Shown here: positions 26,786 to 34,289 of the stretch, one piece after another | Numbering within the stretch: the first letter of the stretch is position 1 | How the letters are laid out: each line of letters begins with the position of its first letter | Notes under the pieces: generated by a model | The model's database searches: none | The model's input: only the letters and a program-made list of their open reading frames with translations | What the model was told of the DNA's origin: nothing | Made by a program: the position numbers and the translations under genes | From: an uncultured Lachnospiraceae bacterium | GTDB taxonomy: Bacteria > Bacillota > Clostridia > Oscillospirales > CAG-272 | Direction: 5' to 3' | Length of the DNA: 39,688 nt | Assembly (NCBI GenBank): GCA_964426285.1 | Contig: CAYRQA010000001.1 | Span: 1-39,688, forward strand

Positions 26786-27802
26786 TCAAAAGACCGACTT
26801 GCCTGTCGTCCCTTTCGCATTGAGCGAGGAATCGGCATAGTGTCCCGCCATGGCTTCAAAATAGCCCTGCGCAGCGATCATCGCACCGTTGTCCCCGCAC
26901 AGAGAGAGCGGAACGGGGCAGAAACGGATGTCATGCCGCTTGCAAAATGCCTCTACAGCCGCCCGCAGGTGCGAGTTGGCGGCTACACCGCCCGCCATGA
27001 CCAGCGTCGTGTAGCGGTAGCGCTCATATGCGCCCTCGAGGTTCTTGACGATCGAGGTAGTGACCGATTTGGTGAAGGAGGCGGCGATGTCCTCTTTGGG
27101 AAGTGCCTCGCCCTTTTGTCTGAGCCCGTTAACGTAGTTGAGCACGGCGGTTTTCAGACCGCTGAAGCTGAAATCGAGGCTGTCGGCGATGGCGGCAGAG
27201 GGGAAATGAATGGCATCGGGGTTACCGAGCGATGCCAGCTTGTCCATCTGCGCGCCCCCGGGGTAAGGCAGACCGAGCACGCGTGCCACCTTGTCGAAGG
27301 CTTCGCCTGCGGCATCGTCACGGGTGCGGCTGACGGGGGTGAAATCGGTCGGCGACTTGACCTCAGTCAGCGAGGTGTGACCGCCTGACACGACCAGTGC
27401 AAAGAAGGGCGCGTTCAGATCGGGATAGGCAAGGTATGCCGCCGCCGTGTGCCCCTTGACGTGGTTGACCGAAATGAGCGGCTTACGGTAAGCCGATGCC
27501 AGTCCCTTGGCGAAGTTGACGCCCACGAGCAGTGCGCCGATCAACCCGGGATTGGCGGTGACTGCCACCGCATCGATCTCGTCCATCGTGATACCCGCAT
27601 TTTCAAGTGCCCGATAACTCAGCGATGAGATCGCTTCGGTATGCGCACGGCTGGCGATCTCGGGCACGACGCCGCCGTATAATGCGTGTGTGGCAATCTG
27701 CGTGGCGATCTCGTTCGATCGGATGATGCGAGCCCCCTCGCTCATCTCGACCACCGCCACCGACGTCTCATCACACGATGATTCAAACGCTAAAATCAGC
27801 AT
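26786..27802 (-). CDS. tsaD: tRNA N6-adenosine threonylcarbamoyltransferase TsaD
   Basis: MLILAFESSCDETSVAVV..., HxxGH (NHVKGH) and SGGHT are Kae1/TsaD hallmarks. AGGAGA RBS. Confidence 0.9.
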   Translation of the reverse strand: MLILAFESSCDETSVAVVEMSEGARIIRSNEIATQIATHALYGGVVPEIASRAHTEAISSLSYRALENAGITMDEIDAVAVTANPGLIGALLVGVNFAKGLASAYRKPLISVNHVKGHTAAAYLAYPDLNAPFFALVVSGGHTSLTEVKSPTDFTPVSRTRDDAAGEAFDKVARVLGLPYPGGAQMDKLASLGNPDAIHFPSAAIADSLDFSFSGLKTAVLNYVNGLRQKGEALPKEDIAASFTKSVTTSIVKNLEGAYERYRYTTLVMAGGVAANSHLRAAVEAFCKRHDIRFCPVPLSLCGDNGAMIAAQGYFEAMAGHYADSSLNAKGTTGKSVF

Positions 27803-27826
27803 AGTTTATCTCCTATTTGGGGCGCT

Positions 27827-28166
27827 GCCCCAACCCCCGGCAAAGGCTCTGCCCTTGCATCCCGGTCGCTTTCTTGAAAGAAATCGACGCAAAGAACTTC
27901 TTTTAAGCAGGGCGAGTGCTCGCCCTACACGAGTGGCATTTTGCCAATACACCGTAGGGGCGATTCACGAATCGCCCGTCGAAGGATATTGACCAAATGA
28001 AAGTGCGTGCAAATTCTATGTATTCGGGCGATTCATGAATCGCCCCTACTACCTTGTTTCGTCTAAAAGTTGACAAATTGATATATACTTCGTAGGGCGG
28101 GGGCTTGCTCCTCCCGCCCTACACCGATGATTTTCCAAATCACTTGGTAGGGACGACATTGCCTGC
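27827..28166. repeat. REP/REPIN-like GTAG-capped palindromes plus other hairpin modules
   Basis: TTGGGGC-gct-GCCCCAA lies at 27827-27843 and GGGCGAGTGCTCGCCCTAC at 27910-27928. GTAGGGGCGATTCACGAATCGCCC (27954-27977) and its inverted partner GGGCGATTCATGAATCGCCCCTAC (28026-28049) form a pair. GTAGGGCGGGGGCTTGCTCCTCCCGCCCTAC lies at 28092-28122 and GTAGGGACGACATTGCCTGC at 28147-28166. Confidence 0.8.
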
Positions 28167-28188
28167 TACGCCCGCATTCTGTCCGCTT

Positions 28189-28746
28189 TTACCCCCTATG
28201 GATGCGATTCTTCTCCCAAATGGCGTGCAACACGGGGAAACAGACCAGCGAAAAGAGCGCGTATGCCGCTCCGCCGATCCCCCACGCCGCAAAGGGATTG
28301 CCGCAGAGCTCAATCAGCGCATACTGCGGATAGAACAGGGTGGGCAGGATGGGCAGATCGGGGAAGAATGCCATCACCACCGTCAAAGGCAGTGCGAAGA
28401 GCAGGTACGCCGCCACACCCGTCAGCCAGCCGCCCTTCAAAAAGGAGGTAAAATCCTCCCCGAAGCGGTAGGTTCGCCCGAGTGTATCGGCAAGATAGCG
28501 ATTTTTCATGCCGTTGCTCTTGTAAAGAAGCAGTGCGAGCACCACAAAAAAGAGCAGCGCAAAAACGACCCACAAAACCGTGTCAATGCGCGCTTCTTTG
28601 TCCGCATCTCCACGCGCGAGCTCTGTGAGCAGCGGGTGCAGCAGAAGATTGACGATCAATGCCGCGAACATCGAGATCAGATCCGATGCTACGAAAAAGA
28701 GCAGATGCTCGGGGACATTCCTGAGCATTTTTTTGGTTACATCCAT
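28189..28746 (-). CDS. Hypothetical integral membrane protein
   Basis: 185 aa with about five hydrophobic segments. GAGAGGA RBS upstream of ATG 28746. Confidence 0.65.
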   Translation of the reverse strand: MDVTKKMLRNVPEHLLFFVASDLISMFAALIVNLLLHPLLTELARGDADKEARIDTVLWVVFALLFFVVLALLLYKSNGMKNRYLADTLGRTYRFGEDFTSFLKGGWLTGVAAYLLFALPLTVVMAFFPDLPILPTLFYPQYALIELCGNPFAAWGIGGAAYALFSLVCFPVLHAIWEKNRIHRG

Positions 28747-28777
28747 ATCCGTTTCCTCTCACGCAAGGTTTGCGCAC

Positions 28778-29233
28778 TCATTCATCGAAAAGTGCCATGA
28801 GCAGCGCATCCTCGACGGGATTTTGATAATATCGCCGCCGTCTGCCGGTCTCGACAAAGCCCAGCCGACGGTAGAGCGTCTGTGCGGGGAGATTGCTCGC
28901 CCGAACCTCCAAAAAGAAGCTGTCGCAGCCCTCTCGACGAAGACTGCTGAGACCTTCCTCCATCATCGCCTTCCCGATTCCGCATCCTCGGTAATCGGGT
29001 GCAACGGCGATGTTGGCGATCTCGGCTTCGGGCGGAACGGCAAGTGCGATCAAATAGCCGACCGGCTTCTGCTTGCCGTTTTCCTCGATGCAGGCGACAA
29101 GTGTGCGTGCCGCAGTAAGCGCCGTCATCTGACGAAAGCTGTCGGCAGACCATGGGTCGGTGAAGCAGACCGCTTCGATCGCCGCCATTGCGTTGGCATC
29201 CTCGACCGTTCCCTTTCGAAGGATCAGCTTCAT
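28778..29233 (-). CDS. rimI: Ribosomal-protein-alanine N-acetyltransferase (GNAT)
   Basis: IEAVCFTDPWS..., NIAVAPDYRGCGIGKAMM and LEVRASNLPAQTLYRRLGF match the RimI-type GNAT pattern. It sits in a tsaD neighbourhood. Confidence 0.8.
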   Translation of the reverse strand: MKLILRKGTVEDANAMAAIEAVCFTDPWSADSFRQMTALTAARTLVACIEENGKQKPVGYLIALAVPPEAEIANIAVAPDYRGCGIGKAMMEEGLSSLRREGCDSFFLEVRASNLPAQTLYRRLGFVETGRRRRYYQNPVEDALLMALFDE

Positions 29234-29982
29234 GATGCCGCAGACTCGTCTTCGAGCTGTGCATAGAAGGGCGCGAAGACTTCCGCATCGGTTCTGTGAA
29301 ACCTCTGCGTGACCTGTTCATAGAGGTAAAAATTGCCCTCTTCGTCGACGTATAGCCAGAGATTCAGATAGATCCATTGGTATTTTTCAGAGCTGATCTT
29401 CAGATTGCCGATCCTCGTGCAAGCAGAAAAGTATTCATCACAATCGGTGTCCGTTTCGGTGAAGAAAGCGCCAAGCAGCTTAGTCGCAGTATTGCCCTCG
29501 ATCTTGGTGGTCGAGAAAAGGCTGGTGCCGTTAGGTTCACAGAGGTAGATGCTGTCCCCCTCAAATTCATGCGGCTCGGGCAGATCGACCTTTTCGGGGT
29601 TGTAATAGAGCAGTGCGCCGACGTCCATTGCGGTGGACAGCCAAAGCTCGCCGCTGACCAGATGTACTTGATCGTTCTCATCGCGATAGCCCACCCGATA
29701 GAGGTCGAAGAGATCGCTGGTCGCATAGGTGTAATCACTCGAGGTCATCAGCTTGGACTGATAGTAAAAGGGTGCCTGCACATAGGTGATGTCGTTCTTT
29801 TTGTCGTAATACTGACCGTTTTCGTAGGTGAATTTGAGTACCTCACGTTCGGATTCAGCCGAGCAGTGGGTGATGATAGCGGCTGTTCCGAGAATGAGCA
29901 GAAGTGCCGCCGCAATGATGAGGTAGGGCTTGAAATTCCATTTTTCTTTTTTGCGGCGAACGGCTTTGTTTGCTTGTTTCAT
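29230..29982 (-). CDS. Hypothetical membrane-anchored protein
   Basis: Start is at ATG 29982 (MKQANK) with AAAGGA upstream. A basic N-terminus, one TM segment (YLIIAAALLLILGTAAII) and an extracytoplasmic Tyr/Asp-rich domain follow. The stop overlaps the rimI ATG (ATGA). Confidence 0.6.
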   Translation of the reverse strand: MKQANKAVRRKKEKWNFKPYLIIAAALLLILGTAAIITHCSAESEREVLKFTYENGQYYDKKNDITYVQAPFYYQSKLMTSSDYTYATSDLFDLYRVGYRDENDQVHLVSGELWLSTAMDVGALLYYNPEKVDLPEPHEFEGDSIYLCEPNGTSLFSTTKIEGNTATKLLGAFFTETDTDCDEYFSACTRIGNLKISSEKYQWIYLNLWLYVDEEGNFYLYEQVTQRFHRTDAEVFAPFYAQLEDESAAS

Positions 29983-30019
29983 AACGTATCCTTTGATTTG
30001 TAAGTAAAAGTGCTTTGCC

Positions 30020-30263
30020 GCCCGACGGGGATTCGTCGGACTAAAAAAAGCTTTGGGAGTTCCAAGGGCAGAGCCCTTGCCGAATGGAGACTCCTCAGTC
30101 ACGACCTCCTCGTGACAGCTCCCTCAGGGAGGGAGCCTTTGGGTGTGACCCCATCTTCATTCGGTGCAGGGCAAGCATTTGCCCTGCTTTAATAAAGTTC
30201 TTGGAAGTTCCGAAACCTTCTTGAAAGAAGGTTTCGGGCGGGGTTTGGGGCAGAGCCCCAAAC
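30020..30263. repeat. Chain of perfect intergenic hairpins (multi-family)
   Basis: A degenerate GCCCGACG...CGTCGGAC lies at 30020-30041 and CAAGGGC-aga-GCCCTTG at 30063-30079. GTCACGA-cctcc-TCGTGAC lies at 30098-30116 and GCTCCCT-caggg-AGGGAGC at 30118-30136. GCAGGGCAA-gcat-TTGCCCTGC lies at 30166-30187, CGAAACCTTCT-tgaa-AGAAGGTTTCG at 30211-30236, and GTTTGGGGC-aga-GCCCCAAAC at 30243-30263. Confidence 0.85.
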
Positions 30264-30264
30264 C

Positions 30265-30753
30265 TCAATACCCGAATTTGCCCGAGAGGCTGTCGTCCTC
30301 TCTGACCCATTCGCGGACGCTGACGGTGGTAAAGGTATCGGGGGTATTGCGGATGACCACCTTATCGATGCCTGCGTTGATGATCATACGCTTGCACATC
30401 ATGCAGGAGCAGACGTCGGTAAGCAGTTCGCCCGTCTTGGCATCCTCGCCGACCATATAGAGGGTAGAGCCGAGCATCTGCTCACGGGAAGCATTGATGA
30501 TCGCGTTCTGTTCGGCGTGAATGGCGCGGCACATCTCATAGCGCTCGCCACGGGGAATATTGAGCCGATCGCGGGGGCAATCGCCCAATTCGATGCAGTT
30601 GGCGCGTCCGCGGGGAGCGCCGTTATAGCCGGTCGAGACGATGGCGTCGTTTTTGACGATGATCGCGCCGTAACGCTTGCGCAGACAGGTCGAGCGTCTG
30701 AGCACCGTCTCGGCAATATCCAAATAATAATTGGGTTTGCTCACTCTATCCAT
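30265..30753 (-). CDS. dCMP deaminase (cytidine/deoxycytidylate deaminase zinc-binding family)
   Basis: HAEQNAI (zinc and catalytic Glu) and CSCMMCKRMIINAGI (the PCxxC-equivalent) are present. Start is at ATG 30753 (MDRVSKP) with GGAGGT 5 nt upstream. Confidence 0.85.
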   Translation of the reverse strand: MDRVSKPNYYLDIAETVLRRSTCLRKRYGAIIVKNDAIVSTGYNGAPRGRANCIELGDCPRDRLNIPRGERYEMCRAIHAEQNAIINASREQMLGSTLYMVGEDAKTGELLTDVCSCMMCKRMIINAGIDKVVIRNTPDTFTTVSVREWVREDDSLSGKFGY

Positions 30754-30824
30754 ATAGACCTCCGTTTTCCGCAAAATGCCCCGCATCTTGCCTGCGGGGG
30801 CAATACCCCCATTTTTTCATATAA

Positions 30825-30853
30825 ATTATAACGCATACAGACGATTAAATCAA
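30825..30853 (-). promoter_or_regulatory. Sigma-70-type promoter of the dCMP deaminase gene
   Basis: The minus strand reads TTGATT (30848-30853), a 17-nt spacer, then TATAAT (30825-30830). The 5' UTR then contains the GGGGG-tattg-CCCCC hairpin. Confidence 0.65.
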
Positions 30854-31016
30854 GGGGTTTTGAATAAGTTTTATATTTTTGTTACATTTTTGACAATGGA
30901 GCCCTGACGAAAGCAAACAAGCGCAAGAAAAGTGCGAACTTTTCGGTCTGCCGATGATGCAAATTTGATGCAATTATGATATACTATAGCTACATTACCA
31001 CAAGGGAGGATACCCA

Positions 31017-31670
31017 ATGATCGATATTCTGATCGTCTAGGATAAAAAGCCGATCTCCGAGCTGCTGCGGCTCAGTCTGAGCAAAGCGGAGTATCGATGC
31101 ACCTGCAGTAGCGGCGGTACTGATGCCGCCGACATCATCGAAAAGAAGGTTTTTGACCTGATCCTGCTCGACATCATGCTCCCCGGCATCGACGGCTTCG
31201 AGCTGATGGAATACATCCGTTTTACGGGCACGCCCGTCATTTTCATCACGGCGAAAAACGCGGTCGCCGACCGCGTGAAGGGACTCCGCATGGGTGCGGA
31301 GGATTACATCGTCAAGCCCTTCGAGATCCTCGAACTGCTCGCGAGAGTGGAGGGTGTGCTTCGCCGTCACGGTAAGCTCGAAACGGTCATCTCGATCGGC
31401 GGGCTCGAGATCAACACGATGTCGATGACGGTCACACGGACAGGCGAGGAGATCGCGCTCACCAAAAAGGAATACGAAATTCTCCTTATGTTCGCCCGAA
31501 ATCCCGGCATCGTCCTCTACAAAAGCGTCCTCTACGAACGCGTCTGGGGCAATGAGTATTCCTACAGCACGCGCACGGTCGAGCTCCACGTTCAGCGCAT
31601 GAAGAAAAAGGTCGGATGGAACGACCGCATTAAACCGGTCTACGCCATCGGCTACCGCTTGGAGGTGTAG
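31017..31670 (+). pseudogene. OmpR-family response regulator interrupted by TAG at codon 8
   Basis: GGGAGGA RBS, ATG at 31017, then MIDILIV-TAG(31038-31040)-DKKPISELL...LLDIMLPGIDGF...KPF...winged helix, in one frame with no other lesion. The stop replaces the conserved acidic residue of the receiver (expected GAG). Confidence 0.8.
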
Positions 31671-31779
31671 GGGTGAGTGGGGCGATCTTCCCCGCGCACT
31701 ACGGGAATATGCGCGTTTTTGAGAATATCGTCCTCTTTGGTTTACGCTAATTCCCATTCCACATGAAAGGAGCCTATCC

Positions 31780-33161
31780 ATGACTTTCCGCTTTCGGCTG
31801 ATCATCACGATCGCACTGCTCATTGCGCTCACCTTCGCCATCGGAGGGACGGTGCTCATTTCCGCCTCCTTCAGCGCCGCCCGCAAGGAGGAGATCACCT
31901 CTGCGCTCGATTCGTTTGAATCGGCGCAGAATACGCTCGTCCTGCTGAACTCGATCAGCGAGACGACCGATGTACACGGGTTCTCCGCCCCCCTCTCGCA
32001 AATGGAGGCGCAGGGCATGACCGACTGGCAGGCAGTCACACTGAGGCGAGGAGAGGAACTGCTCTACCAAAGCAGAGCGAACTACTCGACGCATATACAC
32101 TCCCCCTTCCCGAGCCGAACAAATGAGCCTACACCGAGGTATCCGACCGATACGGAAAGGGGCTTATCGTGCTCAGGCGCCTGTCGGTCGGGGAGGAGGC
32201 GCTCGCGCTCGAATCGAGGTTCGACGTTTCGTCTGTGTATGCCGCAAGAGATCGCCAGCAGCAGCTCTTTGGGATGATCTACGCAGCCGTGGTGGCGATC
32301 GGTGCGCTGACTGCCACTACCCTTTCCTTTGCTATGACGGGCAAGCTGAGAAGACTGACCGTCACCGTGCGCCGTCTCGCAGGGGGCGATCTGTCAACGC
32401 GCTCGAAGATGCGCTCGCACGACGAATTCGGACAGCTTTCGCGCGACTTCGACGCGATGGCAGACAAGCTGCAGGAAAACATCACCCGCCTCGAATCGGA
32501 TATGCAGCGGCAGGAGGCCTTCATGGGCGCCTTCGCACATGAACTGAAAACGCCGATGACCTCAATCATCGGCTATGCCGACCTACTCAGACAGGACGGG
32601 ATCGACGACAGTTCCAGACTGGTCGCGGCAGACTACATTTTCTCCGAGGGACAACGGCTCGAAAAGCTCTCCTTCAAGCTGCTCGACCTGCTCCTGCTCA
32701 AAAAAGACGTCCCCGCGATGAAGGCAGTCAATCTCAATGCTTTTTTGCAGGAGGTGCACAAAGCACTCTCGCCCGTGCTCGCCGAGCGCTCGATCGGTCT
32801 GATCTGCAAGGGTGAACGGGCAAAGGTCGTCCTCGAGCCCGATCTGGTCAAGTCGATGCTCTACAATCTGGTCGACAACGCATCCAAGGCGATCGAAGGC
32901 GGAGGCATGATCGCCATTAGGGGCAGCCGCATCGTGGGCAGCCGCACTGCGGAAGGCGTCTGCTTTCAGGTAGCCGACAACGGTCGTGGCATGGCGCGTG
33001 AAGAGCTGTCCAAGATCACCGAAGCCTTCTACCGAGTGGACAAAGCACGCTCAAGAAGCCAAGGCGGTGCAGGGCTCGGACTGGCGCTCTGCAAGGAGAT
33101 TGCTTCGCTCCATCAAGGCTCGATCAGCTTTGACAGCGAAGAAGCAGCGGTACGGTTGTGA
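31780..33161 (+). pseudogene. Sensor histidine kinase split across two frames
   Basis: AAAGGAG plus ATG 31780 gives the TM1 and sensor part (frame A, open to 32277). HAMP, the H-box FAHELKTPMTSIIGYADLL and HATPase (DNGRGM, GGAGLGLALC) lie in frame B (32127..33161). Confidence 0.75.
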
Positions 33162-33191
33162 CCGTGAACCTCTTCGGAAAGGAGAATCAAA

Positions 33192-33977
33192 ATGCGGATT
33201 CTAAAGTATAGCATAGCGCTCCTGCTGACGGTTGTCTTCCTTGTCGCAGGTGCACTGCTCCCAACGGCTGTCGTATCGGCGCTCGACAGGTCAGCGCTCG
33301 GGCAGGTCGGGCACGCTGACATCGCCTCGGTCGAGCTGACGCTTGCCGAGCAGCGTGAGCCGATGTCGATCGATGAAAAGCTGGCGCTGATGCAGATCGC
33401 GATGAAGGTCGACATCGGATTTGACGTCATCGAAAACAAGGCAAAGATGACCGAGGAGGAGGTTCTCCAAGCGACCGACATTGCGCTCGCGCCCTATTAT
33501 GACGCTGGGCTGTTGGCGGACAAGGATCGGGAATTGAGTCAGTGCCAACCGTTTCTCTATTACGACCGCAACGACCTCGAGACGAACGCCATCCTGTGGG
33601 AGGTCACGCTCACGGAGAACGGTGCATACGAAAGACTCGCCGTGGTCATCGACGACGACACAGGCACGCTTCTGCACATCAGTTGTTACGCCGAGGAGAC
33701 GGTGTTTGAAGAAAAGGAGCGCCCGAAAGCCGCCGAACTTTTCGCCGAGATCTATTTCGATGGCGTGGGCTGGACCGAGGTCGCCGACTATTGGGAGGAG
33801 CACGGATTGGTCGAGCAATTCGAAGTGAGTGAGAGCGGGTCCTACTGCATCCGATACACCTTCGGCGACGTTCTCTACGGCGAGCTCGCCTTCGAGTTCT
33901 ATGCCAACCGGGCGGCTTCCATCTGTATTTTCCTGATTCTTATTTTTCGTCCTGATGCGCTTTTGATGCACAATTGA
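33192..33977 (+). CDS. Hypothetical membrane-anchored protein downstream of the broken two-component system
   Basis: AAAGGAG RBS, ATG at 33192, N-terminal TM segment (IALLLTVVFLVAGALLPTAVV) and an acidic soluble domain. The hydrophobic C-terminal 25 aa look atypical and the end may be degenerate. Confidence 0.55.
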   Translation: MRILKYSIALLLTVVFLVAGALLPTAVVSALDRSALGQVGHADIASVELTLAEQREPMSIDEKLALMQIAMKVDIGFDVIENKAKMTEEEVLQATDIALAPYYDAGLLADKDRELSQCQPFLYYDRNDLETNAILWEVTLTENGAYERLAVVIDDDTGTLLHISCYAEETVFEEKERPKAAELFAEIYFDGVGWTEVADYWEEHGLVEQFEVSESGSYCIRYTFGDVLYGELAFEFYANRAASICIFLILIFRPDALLMHN

Positions 33978-34076
33978 ATAAAGAAAGATGCACCCGTCTG
34001 CTATCATGGGGTTACTATGGTAGCAGATGGGTGCTTTTTGCGTTGGGGAGGAACGTGAGAGTTTTTCTCTCCTCTT

Positions 34077-34188
34077 GTAGGGAAATTCACACCAACTCCC
34101 GTAGGGACGACATTGCCTGCGGCAAGTCGTCCCTACGAAGGTTTGTGCGAACAACCACACGGCGGACGGATATGGAATCCGCCCCTAC
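34077..34188. repeat. REP-like GTAG-capped palindromes
   Basis: GTAGGGAAATTCAC starts at 34077. The full palindrome GTAGGGACGAC-attgcctgcggcaa-GTCGTCCCTAC lies at 34101-34136. GGCGGA-cggatatggaa-TCCGCCCCTAC lies at 34161-34188; its reverse complement starts GTAGGGGCGGATTC. Confidence 0.75.
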
Positions 34189-34289
34189 GGGGAATTGGAA
34201 TCGCACGGCGGGTGGTCACCCCTCCTCCCCGAGCAGCCAAGGCTCTCAAACTCAGCTATTTCAAATACTTGTATTCAAAGGAGATCAAT

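Noticed and set aside
30796-30817. An orphan plus-strand terminator, GGGGG-caata-CCCCC followed by T6.
   Set aside because: No plus-strand gene lies upstream. The hairpin falls just downstream of the TTGATT-17-TATAAT minus-strand promoter, so it is better explained as a 5' UTR stem-loop of the dCMP deaminase mRNA.
31038-31040. In-frame TAG as pyrrolysine or another programmed recoding event. The same question applies to TAA at 34467 and TGA at 32124.
   Set aside because: All three stop codons terminate ordinary genes in this window. No pyl genes or recoding signals are visible. The TAG replaces a conserved acidic residue, which fits a GAG to TAG mutation.
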